Source: Lingula anatina (taxonomy: Eukaryota; Animalia; Brachiopoda). From it: 64,000 bases of DNA. The notes under the pieces were generated by a model. The model was not told the DNA's origin and ran no database searches. It worked only from the letters and a program-made list of their open reading frames with translations. The stretch lies in contig CM120641.1 of NCBI GenBank assembly GCA_051362555.1, forward strand, positions 36,958,401 through 37,022,400. Reading direction: 5' to 3'. Position numbers and translations under genes: made by a program. This document shows positions 42,201-55,857 of the stretch, one piece after another (position 1 is the stretch's first letter; the number at the start of each line of letters is the position of its first letter).

Positions 42201-43190
42201 ATCATGATGCTTTTCGTTTCAAACGGGACAATTCGACGCCGGAATACAATCACCACAAAGGATCTATTATTCAGAAGAGAACAAAAATTTTAAAGACAAA
42301 GAATGATTTTATCTTCAATTGCAGAACATTATGTGAGACAATTGGCCAATGATGTGTGGCAAAAGCTACATGTACTTCACTTCAGATCATTTAGGGTGAA
42401 GCTATTTTACATAAAATAATAAAAAATGAGCCTACTAAAACAGCCATGTTCTTTGGTTCAGAAAATAATTATCTGTTAGGGAAGACAATCTATTAATGCC
42501 TCTAAAATATATAATTTTAGTCATTGAAACGCCAATAGGACCTTAATCTTACATCCGCGCGTTTTGCACCCGTGAGTTACACATGGGGTCAGCCTATTTG
42601 GGGGAGGAATTAATGTCGCATTAAGTTTGGAGGAACACAATTCTCAAAGTCATCATACCACTATATATGTAATTACGCTACCACCCAAAAACTCAAAATA
42701 TCACTGAGGGCAATTGAACGTGGTACTTAAAGCTTGCGGTCCCAAATTTACTGCGCTGTGTTGCCTTAAATTCATGTTTTCAGTCAAAAGTTACGCCCAA
42801 TATAGATGTTTTATGTTAACAATTTCGTTTTAAGAATAGACCACATGAACTCTTTGGGTCACTTTGTATGCATTGGCAAGTTGTTTAACTGCTAATGAAC
42901 TCTAACGGAGTCATTATGGGTAAGAGCCAAATGAATACATCATTTTACAGATAAATTGAGGCATCTCAAACAGACAACAATACCATGCTCATATACTTAC
43001 TCTCTGAGTCACCAGAAGTGTTATCCCTCGATTTTTCATCGGAGTTGTAGGATGTTAAGGCAACTGCTGTCACGATAATGATAAATATTAACACCAATAT
43101 GGCTACGATGGCGTAACTGATTTTTGCCGTTGAAGCCGTCTCCAGTTGCTCTTTTGCCCAAACACACCGCGGAAAATCCTGGCAACCCAT
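39236..43190 (-). CDS. Type II membrane-anchored CE4 polysaccharide/chitin deacetylase-like protein (paralog B), ~404 aa
   Basis: Exons 43190-43001 (hydrophobic stretch ISYAIVAILVLIFIIIVTAVALT, donor GTAAGT), 40694-40599 (open 96-nt exon, SMYGGYKPSDAPNFDKIPDWDRPLIRQPLAP) and 40164-39236; all junctions are phase 1. Motifs are FSFDD, YRNPNNCPI, HSISH, RTPFL, GLWEIP and NMHAAWF. Confidence 0.85.
41170..41446. mobile_element. Non-autonomous DNA transposon with CAG..CTG termini
   Basis: TIRs CAGAGGCGGAT / ATCCGCCACTG, flanks GAAGCA / GAAGTA (6-bp TSD with 1 mismatch), and a GC-rich subterminal hairpin GGGGGGTCAGG..CCTGACCCCCC. A related 3' end fragment (CCTGGATCCGCCCCT) lies at ~18009-18023. Confidence 0.7.
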
Positions 43191-43987
43191 CAGAGAATAT
43201 GTCGACTGTTTAAGTTCAATGTCGATTCAAATGCGATAAAGAAGCGTCTTGCCCAAAAGTGCAGCAGGTGACAAAATATATATCTTTTTGCGTTGTCTTT
43301 TTTCAACACAACAATCAAAGCGTTCTGTGGTGAAGGCCATTAGATCTCTCTGAGCGATATACCTCAGGGCATTTTCTAAAACTTAGTAGAAAGAAAGTAA
43401 CAGATTTCTCAATAGGACCACCATTTGTATGCAATATGAAATCTGGGCCGAATCGTGTCATGCATACAGATGATTGAAAACTGGTAACAAATGACCCATA
43501 ACATGTAAAGGCATTTTTCAATACAGTTCGTTTTTCAAAATGGGTGAAAGATGAAATGTAATTAACATCGATACCAAAACATATGTTTTCGATAAGTATA
43601 TGGTATAAAATCTAGGCATCAGGGGTGTTTTAACGAGGTGTGAGATGTCCTGTAGACATATCTACGAGCACTACGTGATGACACAGCCAAGGGGTCAGGG
43701 GGGTTAAAGCGACATCTTTAATCTTCCGGTAAAGAACCCGACCCGACAGGACAAGTTTATCGACTGTACTGGCAGAGTGGATATAAGTGCATCTTCATAA
43801 TGCAGCAATGTTTACCTTTATTTTTCATATTAACATAATCCAAGAGAACGCCATCCCTCCATTAAGCACTTCTCTAATTAGCAATGATTTATTTTACTTC
43901 TATATTTCAGCGCACTTATGTTTGATCAACCTGAGATTCGAGATATAATTACTGAGTAGAGAGGAACATAAAAAAAATCATTTGCAA

Positions 43988-43988
<1 letters not shown>

Positions 43989-44033
<45 letters not shown>
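43989..44033. repeat. Poly(A) run, ~45 nt
   Basis: Seen directly in the sequence. Confidence 0.95.
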
Positions 44034-44034
<1 letters not shown>

Positions 44035-45593
44035 ATGTCACTGAGTGATAAATAAAATTTAGTAATTCAGTATTTTCTTTTAGGCTGTAATTCGGCTCGT
44101 TTACCGACCAAAAAAAAAGTGCGTAAATTTTTTCGTAGCAAATTCACTTAACATGAAATTCACATAGTTGTACGAGGCATGAAAAGCTGGGATGATGTTT
44201 CCCTCCTCTAGTCCATCATTTCTATGTCAAAATATTTACGATACAGTAGAAAGATATGTATATATGACACGAAATTATGCGTTTTTGTATCATAACTAGT
44301 ATCATCAGTTAAAGAGATACAGTATGATAGCCTGCTTTGTAGAGTATTCACTCTAACCAATACTTCCTATTACGTATACACGAGAACACCATGTCGATTT
44401 TACTGTGGTGCGAGGGCGAAAGTTTAATTTAATGATCTATACAAACAGAATATTGTTTCAAGGAAAATCTAGGAGCAAATTATGCGAATACAGTCGATGA
44501 AGTCATTATAACAACTATGTACGTAGCGGTCACTAAGTTAACGCAGAGACTATAAGGAACTATTAATTATGGAAAGTTACTATCATCATTTTGTTAATGA
44601 TGATTTATGATTCAAATGACAGTGGGAATGTAAGACATAAAGAAAGACATATCTATTACAAGAAATGACTGCTTCCCGTGACAGCACTGATCAAACTCCT
44701 CTCTGTCATTTAATTTGTAGATGGTCTCTATACAGCTAAATAATGGTTGGGCAAGTGATGTGGTTAGAGTCGCACTCTCTTCAGAGATAGAATCACATTA
44801 ACCCGAGGATTAAAATCTTTGAAAGAAAGACTGGAGGACGCACGATGTGCTTCACTAAAGAGTCACGCTAATTATCAAGCAGATACGACCCCCTAGAGGG
44901 AGAGAGAAAAAAGAGAGAGAGAGATGATGTTGACATAATTCATTCTAATATTAACTGTTTATTGATGTAGGCTTCCTGATTCAAAATTGACTTTGACCCC
45001 AATCCATAGTCACCATCGGTCTACGTGGATCGACCCAACTTTGTGGGGACTCTTGCTAAGTGCAATCAGCTTAACTAACACGCCTCCTCTTATTTCCAAT
45101 AAACTCGTATAGTCATATGGGAATTTGGTCTTTGAGGTGTTCTAGGTTTTTTCCTGCCACTGCTGAAGATGTTCAGACAGCTTTGTCCATTGTTGCACTG
45201 CTGATTCACTAGACCGTCGCAAAGATAAGAACAGACGGCGATTCGAAGACCTGAAGATGAGACTACATGCGAATCGAAGATATTCTTTTGAATTGTATAT
45301 GTCTGTTTCATTGTGTTTCCCTATTAAATATATTATTAAAATCCTCATTTTCGCACAAATTGCGCCCTCTCTTGGTAAATTTAGCTGCGACGCATATTAA
45401 ATCGAGTGCTTTTTTGTACAATCTTTCTTTTTTCTTTATGCCCAAACCTAATGCCAAACTCCAAATTGATTTCATGCAGTTTCTCAGCAAATTTGGGATT
45501 CTTTATATTATCAAAAGTGAATTGTCATCAAGTATTACATTGAACCTTTTTAGGAGAAAACGCATGGTTTTACACATTTGAACTTGAGCGCGC

Positions 45594-45595
<2 letters not shown>

Positions 45596-45655
<60 letters not shown>
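45596..45655. repeat. Compound (AC)n(AG)n microsatellite
   Basis: Seen directly; a second (AC)n run lies at ~45852-45884. Confidence 0.95.
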
Positions 45656-45656
<1 letters not shown>

Positions 45657-45849
45657 TTGATTCATGATTAATCTTTTTTCTGTTTATTCAAAAAGATAAC
45701 ACGAATACTAGCTGTTCCTAGCTGTTCCTAAAATGGTCACACTATCATTGATGAATAAAAATTCACTATTGATTACGTGGATTTCCATATAGTTTTTGGT
45801 ATATTAAGGACAAATGTGAAAATTGGTGTATCGTATCGATCTTGTCCAT

Positions 45850-45885
<36 letters not shown>

Positions 45886-46772
45886 CATTTTACAAGAAGT
45901 TCGTTGTTCAAAGAATCCTTTTTTATAATTGCAAGGTGAATTGTTTTTTTTTTCACTTAGGTAAGGATCCTGCACGCCCAGATCATCCTAGAGGGAAGGG
46001 CAAAACACACTTTTAAAAACGGTATACAAAGGAAACAGTGAGGATGAGGAATGTATAATTACGAGCATACGATTAAGAGCAGGATCACAGTCATACTGAT
46101 GAATATATTTCCGTAAAATTGCCAATACATTTGACGCATGCAAATCGCTCCTATGCCTATTTATTCTACAAAATTATACTGTTAAAAAGTAGTCTCAGGA
46201 GTCTCTATCATGAAATTGTATTTACACTAATGCTGACGTTTCGAATACATGGGGAAGGAAACGAAAAACAGTGAGATCCAAATGAGTTCGTTTAAAAGGA
46301 AGGAGATCCAGGAAGTTCTGATAACAACTCGATATCTAAGAAATGATCTAATTGACACTAATGGAATTTGGTACACAACCGACGATGAATTAAAAAGAAA
46401 TTAAATCAAAACGTTCGGTGCCGCCCTAGGAAATAATGGTTATAACAATAAGTCGTTTGTAAAGATTGTCAAATTACAATGATGTGATTATCAATACAAA
46501 CGACAATAGAAACGTAAGACATTAATCTATATCTTTGTGAAATTGTTTCCTGCCGTGACAGAAATGCTGATCAACTTCACAGCGAGCAGTTTGCAATTAT
46601 ACATACATTTAAAAGGATACTGCAGGTAACTTTTGCGAATATATAACTGATACAAGAACACGATCTAAGGTCAAATCCATTTCAGAGGAGCGCATTCCTC
46701 GAAGACAACCAATTATTTACCGACAAATGTGGAAGGCAATTTAGAGGTGTAAGGGCGCATTTCTATAGATTT

Positions 46773-46933
46773 TAGATCGATCTATCCCCGTGGGGAGTCT
46801 CACTAGATTACAGTCAGATAATCCGGCTTAAATTTCCGTCCCGCCTACTACAAGCTGTCAGGGGTAATTAACTTTCGTACCCGCTCGGCTGACAGCTATT
46901 TAGCGTGAACCCCCAGGGACTTAGGTCGATCTA
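46773..46933. mobile_element. Degenerate MITE-like inverted repeat
   Basis: TAGATCGATCTATCCCCGTGGGGAGTCTCACTAGATTACAGTCAG resembles the reverse complement of the right arm, TAGATCGACCTAAGTCCCTGGGGGTTCACGCTAAATAGCTGTCAG. Confidence 0.55.
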
Positions 46934-48971
46934 GTTGGATCGATCTCATCTCTGGGAATGGGGTCTAAGACAGACTGATCATTGGTGGATGAAGGATATT
47001 AAGGAGATAGATGGATTATATATATAAGTATCCTGTCCTTGCAGGACGTTGACTGTCAGGGACCTCCACAACTCCCTCTCTTCAGATGATCTCAGAATTG
47101 TTATGCTCAGCTGGTTACACTGGACACACCCAGCCTTAAACCTTAAAAAAGTCTTTCTGTCCTCTAAAAACACAAAATGTTAAATGATTCATTAACAATA
47201 TAAATACTATAAATTAACGACAATAAGGCCGTGGTCTTCGTCTGCTTCTCTTTCTATTGGTTTTCCCCTGTAATGCAGTCGATCTTAGCTCTGCCTTTTC
47301 ACTAAGCCAACACACCGCTGACATTAATTTTTATAACTTTGTTCTAACTCTGTCAGCCTAACTGGATATGGGGCATATCTAAACGCTGTTTTTATTTGAA
47401 AAGTTGCGATGAATAACAAAAAAATATGTTGAAAAATGACTCTGAACACATTTCTTCTCTTTAGAAAGACAAAGAGAGCTATGGCAGTTGAGAGAACAAG
47501 AGATAAACAGAGAGAAAAAAAAAAAAAACATATCATTTCCGACGTCCGCTACGTTTAAGAAACTCAAAAGGGTATATTTACAGATAGATGCCCATTGTGT
47601 TAGTAGACTTTTCTTGTTGTGCAAGTTGAATTGCTTTCCTCTCAAGAATATCTAACACATTCTCACGCTCTTTAAGGGTCAAATTATTACACTAAGTTTC
47701 ATTTGACAAGTATGAATTCTTCATGGGGATAATAGAATAAGGTCTGTGGCATATTGTGAAAGAGATGCATGAAAGTTGTGTCATAATGCGCTGTGAAATT
47801 TTCACGATTATTAGTAGCTTTTTGGTGTTCCAGCCTGTACCATTTTAACAGCCCAAAAAGATTTTGATTGAATATCACGTAAGGACTAATATAATTGTTC
47901 TTTTACCGTTTACAAACCCAAATCGAACATTTTTGAAATTAAGCAGATTAAGTTAAGTTAACCCATATAGTTCCAGTTGTTTGACGAATTCATTATGATA
48001 TATTGTGACACGTTTTAAGACCCCACTAGCACGGCTAGACTTTTATTATTCAGCAATATTTAATATTTTCAACTCGCTGATTTTACTAGATGGGGACGGT
48101 GAGATTCCTGTAAGAAAATACACGATATAAATAATGTCCATGAGGCATACCATGCATTTTTAATTAAAAATAATTAAAAAAAGAGAATGACAATATAAAA
48201 GCAGAACAGCATGTTAGACATCCAATTTATTAACACTGGATTGCAACTAAGCTACAAAGCAATCATTAACTTTCATTTCATTATAAACAGTCCCGGAAGG
48301 TCTTCCTGTGAGCTATCCAAGCCTCTTTCTATAAATCATAAACCAAAATCATAAATTACAACATCCCTTCTCAGGTCGAATAGGCAGAGATCTTCACGAA
48401 CATTTCTGCACTGCTTCAATATTCATATGGCACACGCTTTGTCGTTTGTTTAACAATTATCCAGAATTCATGGCTGAAGGCACTGTCATAAACATCACCA
48501 GCAGATCATACACAAACGTCCTGCATGCAATAGGGCAAGGTAAATGTGAAGTCAGAGTTGACACCAGACAAGCTTCTTCCTTTGTTGGGATGGGATTCAG
48601 AAGAGAATTGTGCCAAACTCGACTGACGGGATGACCTCTGTCAGTAGACAGTGGCTGGCCTCTTTGGGTTGCGTCCTATGACATCTTACGGAGGTTTATA
48701 CGCTAGTGCACTTTGGTATCTGCCAGTTTATTATCTAATTTTTAATGCAGAGCGACGATAGACGCGGTTTCCTGAACGGCATCTTATCCCCGAAGGGAAA
48801 GAGTAGATCATGCCATTAACGAAGTCTTGAATTCTGGGCAGATTATCAATTTGACACCGCTACCGTCCTGTGTTTGGGAAGAAGGTGGCTGCCAGACAGG
48901 GGACTCTTACTTGTTTCCTCATCCGCATTGAATACTCTTCTGTGGTATAGGGAAACAGTAGGACGTATACC

Positions 48972-51409
48972 ATGCGCTCTTCAACCGTCTTCTACTGGAT
49001 GACTATTTGGGCTATCTGTATCGGTAGCAAACATGGAGTGCTGGCGAAAAAGACAGTACAAAGCACAATCAGGGCATGTAAAAGAAACGGAACATTCTGC
49101 GACCCGAGAGACTCAGGGAAATATTACGTCTGCCTAGAGGGACATACCAGGGCAACCGTTCTGACCTGTCCCCCGGGATTATATTGTAAAAAAGGCACTT
49201 TCACTGGGACCATCATTTGCGATCACGGCGCAGTACATTATGAACCGGTGAGAAAGAAATCAGTAGTTGGAAGGAACGTCAAAAGACCTGTCGCGGAGGC
49301 TTTGGCGCCAGCAAGAACTTCCATAATTGATGGTAATTGCTTCTAGTTATTCTCAACGAAGTGCAATACGAAAATCGTCAAAATGTTTCCTAATGATTAA
49401 ATATAAATGATTACATTTTGTATCTGTCACTGTCACAATTAGATAAGCCAAGACTGTTATATATAAGAACAACGGGTAGCAAATTCCTTTTTTTTAATAA
49501 CAAGGAACTGTTTAAATAGTAGCCTACTTAATGTAATCGCCAGACCCATTGGACATCCGGCGAAACTACAAAATGCTGTATGCCTCACAGTGAAAGAAGT
49601 ATACATATATTTTGTATTGTCTGGTACTTAATGCATCACGGTGTTATTCGTCATAATAATGTTTCTAGTTTTTGTTTTCAGATGTACTAAAAGCCCTCCA
49701 TTCCCTGGCCAAATCTTCCTACTCGTATGTCGCCACGATGGTCCATAATCATATGTCCTATCCCAAAACCAGCAAACCAGATTCAAACTACGGACCCAAG
49801 CCGTCAAAGAAGTACAAAGTAGATGTCATATGTACGTATGTTAATGCTTGAAACTCTTCAGTCTATTTGGTTTTTATTAGCAATAGGTTATAACGTTTTT
49901 TAAGAATCTTCCACAATTTTTTTTATTTTTATCTTTGACTTTTCCATTGTTGTTTGAATATAAGTAGGTCTATACATGAAATATCTATACTCTGGGATGG
50001 GTACCAGAATTCCGTGTTCTAGTGCATGGTCTTTTGATTTATAGTATGTGCACATGCATCTATCTGCACTATTAAAAAAATTTGTTTACCAAAGATTCTG
50101 ATCAACTCGGTCAATCTGTTCCCGACGTAATAAAGAGTTTTGTTTTAATTTTGTAGATAGAAATCTGGATTAATCAAACTTTAACTTACTTTCTGATGAA
50201 TATTTTGATGAATTATCTAGGTTGCAAAGTAAACGGCGCCCTAGGCCGCACATCAACTATCTGCAATGCTCAGAGATTTGGCAACGCAAATGTTACCATG
50301 AAAGAACTAGGGTTTTACTTGCTAAACAAAATCTGTATATTATCAGTCGAAAGTATACCGGTTTGACTAGTTCGTTAAGCTTTATTTCATCTTTAAAATA
50401 CCAATGCGTTTTTTTTTTTTACATTTTAGCGTACCCTGATGTGAAATCCAAATGTAACGCTGACAAATGCAAACTTCCATCTTGCCTTTGTCCCTCTACA
50501 GCAGTTCCCAACAAACTCCAAGCTAAGGAGCTGCCGCAGATCGTCTACTTCACTTTCGATGATGGCGTGAACACAATAAACCACGCTTTTTACGAACGTC
50601 TTTTCCCAGAAAATCGCAGGAACCCCAACGGTTGCCCCATTAAGGCAACTTTCTTCGTGTCTCACGATACGACAGATTATGACCTCGTCAACTCCATGTA
50701 CTTGCGTGGCCACGAAATAGCTAGCCACAGTGTAACGCATCGTACCCCAACTACCTGGTGGAAAGATGCATCTTACGAGGACTTGAAAGAAGAGATTTCA
50801 GGGCAAAGAGACAACATCCATTCTGAAGCTCACATACCCATAAGTGCCGTACGAGGAGTCCGAGTGCCGTTTTTACAACAAGCCGGAGATATATTCTTCA
50901 GAATGATGAAAGATCAGAACTTTCTATTCGACTCTTCTCTCGTTCCCTCTCGGCCTCACAGCCCCAACGACCACTATCTCCCCACCTGGCCTTTCACCAT
51001 GGATTCCCCGATTTCTTCGACTCTTTTTACCTGTACTGAGGGTATGAACTGCCCCACGGGTAACTTCTCCGGTGTCTGGGAACTCCCCATGAATAGGATG
51101 TTTGGGCCGCATGGGTTTCCATGCGCTATGGTGGACGGGTGCCCTTCCCCTAATAACGTTGAGGAGTCTTACGATTACCTCATGTCCAACTTTAAGAGGC
51201 ATTATAACGGAAACAGGGCACCGATGGGGTTAAACATGCACGCTGCCTGGTTCGTCAACAGGCCTCACAATCTGGAGGCCATGGATAAATTCATCGGAGA
51301 TTTAGTTAAAAAAGACGACGTCTGGATACTTACAGCTTCTGAACTTATAAAATGGGTGAAAAACATAACACCTCAATCCCAAATGAGGTCTTTTAATTTC
51401 AATTGTTAG
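48972..51409 (+). CDS. Secreted CE4 polysaccharide/chitin deacetylase-like protein (paralog C) with one N-terminal six-Cys module, ~496 aa
   Basis: Exons 48972-49332 (signal peptide + Cys module), 49682-49831 and 50430-51409; all junctions are phase 1. The catalytic exon begins with CNADKCKLPSCLC, typical of animal chitin deacetylases, followed by FTFDD, RRNPNGCPI, HSVTH, RVPFL, GVWELP and NMHAAWF. Confidence 0.92.
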
Positions 51410-52313
51410 CATATGGAGTTGAATGCAAAAATATTATAAGCAAGCCTCGTGTTAAACGCGTTAAGATAAACCGTTGTTTTAATGTATATACATTTATTGA
51501 CCAAGATAAACTCCTTTGAACATAAAATATATGACATTCTAATACAGCATATTACTCCTTCACTATCTTACATCAAACCGGCAATTAGCAATTCAGATAC
51601 ACTTGCTCCAGGTAAACTGAGAGCAGAGAAGGCAGGTAGTATACATGCTTGTAGTAGACTTATCTAAAATAAAAATTCTATTGGTTAGGTTCATGGTAAA
51701 ATATTAGGTTCTTTGGGATAATCAGATAAGATTTAATGAAAACACTGTACATAGGATAATAAACATCTTCACTTCCCTAATCGATTGTGCTTCTTTTTGA
51801 ATGAATATACTGAAAATGTTTCCATGTTATCCATCTTCTACAATCATCCTTTTAACATAAAAGGATATACATGCAAAAGTGACAAAAATGCTTATCTCCC
51901 ATTTTATGAAAACATGAAGTGAACCACAAAAAGAGATAAAAGGATTAATTAAATTACATTTAGTAGGCGTTTTTTTTCCAAATATCTATTAAAATCCACA
52001 TTCATTAATGTCTGTCGGTATTCACATCTACAATGCCATAAAAGTGAGCCCTGAGTTTAAGTCTCATGATAGGTTTTTCTTTTTTTTATACTCCAAAAGT
52101 TCTCTCGTGTCTTCAAAGAGCAAAATAAACTGATGTAAGCCAGAAAATCCAGGGTAGTATAACACACGTGAGTCTGATTTCCTTTGCACTTTAACATCTC
52201 TCATTGGCTCAATACCAAGACACAAAGGTGTGGTGAGGATGAGGTCCACTTAAAATGCATGAGCAGAACAGTTAATGACATCCATTTAGTAATGTATACA
52301 TAACAGTGTCTGA

Positions 52314-54164
52314 TTAAAGGTTCTCCACTTTTTGTGCAAATATGGCTAACTGCTTCTGAACCTCTTGGACCAGTTCTTTTTCTGATGCTTTTGGATGCTT
52401 CTTTACATAATCTGCTATGGCCATTATTGTCTGGTTCTGCAAAAACAGATAAAGATATTTCATAATTTATTTGACATTTTTATTATTCTTGTTTTTGGGG
52501 TAATAACATGAAAACTGCTTTTGTTTAAGCTGTACATGTTGGTTGGTACAAAGTTTCAAGTCTGCGTATAGATCTTTAAACCAATATTTCCTTATTGTTG
52601 CCAATCAGAATGCCAATTCAGAATAGGGGACTAACTAGTCCGATGGTCAATTATGGCGACCCACTATGAAGATTGCCATCTAATCCGCTAATAGACACTG
52701 AATAGATACCCCGTGAGGAAGTATTAAAGTTGGTTGGCCATAATTGACCCTCCGACTAGTTCGTCCCCTATTCTGAATGGGGCCATGGTCATAATAACTA
52801 TTAAGATAACATGACCATAGAAAAAACTGACGGAAATATAATGTGCCATTTGTCCTGAAGTAACAGGACATATGTTGCGTAACTTGGCAGACTTTGACAC
52901 CTCTTGGTCCAGTTATTTGTCTAGACACAGAAAAATCACAATGGTGAATGCTGGAACTGATTCATAATATGCTCATGATATACTCATTGCACAGAGGTTA
53001 GCTGTGTCCACAGCTGACCCAACAGGCCACATGACCAGGGGGAAGGCAAGACAAGCATGGACTAAATTACCCTAGTGAACCTTACTATAAAATACATCTG
53101 ATAAGGTCATTCTTCTTGGTTGTAGTACATACTATAGCCATAAATTATTTCAGATCTTTCACTCTGTCTGATTAAAAAACATTACCACAACCTTGTATTA
53201 CTAGATATACTTGTCCACTTGACATCTATGTATAAAACTAACCCTGTAGGCATCTAACTCTCTGGCCCCACTGACTCTCTGGTACAGCTCATATCCTATC
53301 CTGCCTGCAGTAATGGCCTCATACAGTTTACTGTTACCCGAGGGGTTCTTTTGCAAGTGGCTTAAAAATGCTATCTGAAAAATGAAAAAGGACATAACCT
53401 TTCAAGAACAAAGTACTGAGTATATTTATGAAAATTAAAATATTGTTAATCTGAATGAATCCCAATTGTAATTTCAAGGAGCTCACTGCCATGGGACCTA
53501 GCATGGAAAACTTTTATTTAGTTGTTTATGTATGTAGTTACATGTGCTACACAAAAATGTAATAAAAATATGAAATAAAAGTGCTATCAAATTATTTTTC
53601 TTCCTGTGTTGGGACCTTCAGTGTACAGTAGATTCATTCTGCTACGGCAACACTTATTAAAACATTTCAGATGCATTGCATTTGAAGTTTTGGGATTTAA
53701 TACTCTGAGTTTCAATCAAACAAAATTAAATTTCTACCAAGATTGAGCATAAAGAACGTGGCTAGGAAAAAAATATGTCTACATCGTACTGGGCACAAAA
53801 GAACATTGTTGTTTAGCAGAGTAACACCGTTATCATCTACATTCATATAAATATTCTGAGAATATAGATTCTTCAAGTTTTATTTAAAGTGAAGTAATAT
53901 ACATTTCGTCAAAATATATGATGAACGAAACCTAAAAATTTATTTTATTTCCTGAAAACGCAGGAGTGACAGGTTGCGCAATATTGATGTTTCCCTGACT
54001 GACAACCTTGCATGAGAACTTATGGGCCTGATATTTGGTCACAGAATAGATCAAACACCAGAGTTTCAACAGATGTAGTTTATGTTTCTAAAACAACAAC
54101 ATACCTGCTGAATAAGATCTCCATTCTCTAGTCTCCATTCGGAGTCGTTTAACAAGCCAGCCAT
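52314..54164 (-). CDS. Small uncharacterised protein, 3 exons, 104 aa
   Basis: Exons 54164-54105 (ATG in context CAAAAATGG, donor GTATGT), 53374-53243 and 52436-52314 (TAA). All are phase 0 with polypyrimidine-CAG acceptors. Protein: MAGLLNDSEWRLENGDLIQQIAFLSHLQKNPSGNSKLYEAITAGRIGYELYQRVSGARELDAYRNQTIMAIADYVKKHPKASEKELVQEVQKQLAIFAQKVENL. I recognise no family. Confidence 0.75.
52612..52782. mobile_element. MITE-like element with ~50-bp TIRs, in an intron of the small gene
   Basis: ATTCAGAATAGGGGACTAACTAGTCCGATGGTCAATTATGGC matches the reverse complement of GCCATAATTGACCCTCCGACTAGTTCGTCCCCTATTCTGAAT. No clear TSD. Confidence 0.75.
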
Positions 54165-55857
54165 TTTTGTTTACAGGTGGCACTATGGTTTACCCAATCG
54201 ATAGTATCAAGAAAAGCAGGATCCAAGGTTTTTAAAATTATTTACGAGTAATTTTGTTTGTACATGATGATTTTGTAATGAATGATTGCAAAAGTGTTAT
54301 ATTATGGACTAATTTAGTAATTTGTTGACTAATACCAAGAAATTCAATTATCAAATTACGACTGGAAGAACTAGCTGGCAGGTAGAGTCACCTAGCGGTC
54401 AGGGTAGATCTAACCACAGACAAATCTATGATCTAAATGAGTAGCACGGGTTAGGGCGGTTTTTGCGGAATCAGTGTCACGTACATTGTGCCACTCCCTC
54501 AAAGCCAGCAATATGACTTGGAAACTTAATTTCAAAAGGGCAAAATGCATGTGTTGTCTTTCCTAATAAGTCAATAAATCCTCTTACTGTACCAGTAACA
54601 GTGGCAAAGAGTGAACCAATTCGTACATGTAGTAGTTTAGTTTGTAAAATTAAGACACCTGTGACCAACGAAATTGATATAGAAAATATTTACAACTAAC
54701 ATGATTACCTTATTTTTAACAATATCAGACAAGATTTCTTTGAAAATGCATGCTTTTTATTGTCATGTATTGTACATGCCCATATATACCGACGCTTAAA
54801 GGCAGTTGCACACTACTGCATGGATTTCTCACTGCAAGATTTCTTTTGAAGTTCTTATGAATCTTTTACCCACTATTATTTTTTTGAACTTGTAAAAATG
54901 AGATGTTGGAAGTTAACAATTAGTTTAAAATGACATATATTTTATTTTTATTTTACATAATGTGACACTGCAAAGTGCTATTACAATATCATCTTCAGGC
55001 ACATACTACAATAATTAAGTGAAACCATATCTTTTTATTTTTACAAATGTCAAACAAACTAAACTAAAACCTACGCACAAGTATAAAATTATGAATATAA
55101 TGTGTATTATCATACTGAATATCTATACAGGAAGACATTAAAAAGCACCAGCATTATGATGTTTAAATCAATTAAAATATCTTCACAGCAACCAGTTTAT
55201 GATAAGGATAACATTGTAAAATTCATAGAAAATCTTCCCCTTAAATGGCATTAAAAGATCTGAAAAGGGTGTTCTTACCCTGGAAGCAATAATTTTGAGC
55301 AAGCACTTGCAAATAATTAAGGCATTGCATTGGCCATTAATAACCAAGGCTCCTAATCAACTAAACAGACAAATGTCATAAAAAATAGATATTAGTCAAC
55401 AAACTCACGATGATTACATGTAGCAATGTCATTTCATCATTATCATATGCAGACAACATACAGAATCCTTATGACTGAAGTTTGACAATATTTGTTACAG
55501 TTTACAAAGAGATTTAAAATGTTCCATTAATAAATGAAATAAAACTTATTCTTCCTCCTGCAATGTCATATTGTGAGTATTCTTTATATACAAGAAGTAA
55601 AAGTTGAACATCAATTGCCTCTGAAATATCTAACCATCTAATTTTTGGGTGAATAACTAAAATATTTAGTTCCATAAAATTCATATTTTTAGCTGCCAGT
55701 CATTCTTATGTTTCTATATAATTATGCATTGCAAAGTGATTTCAAACATTTTATTGTCTGCCTAAAATCAATTATAAACACATTGCACTTGAGAAAATCA
55801 CAAGGACAATTAAGATTAAAGCAGCCTCTTTCTTATACCATTAATGCAACATTTCCT

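Noticed and set aside
45090-45348. Two overlapping minus-strand ORFs upstream of paralog B
   Set aside because: No recognisable domain or phase-compatible splice link.
46230-46250. CGAAACGTC on the minus strand as a second hammerhead
   Set aside because: No upstream CTGAnGA core or stem II.
54384-54402. Single CTCF-like site (TGACCGCTAGGTGAC, minus strand) upstream of the small gene
   Set aside because: One imperfect match cannot be distinguished from chance without a matrix scan or ChIP data.
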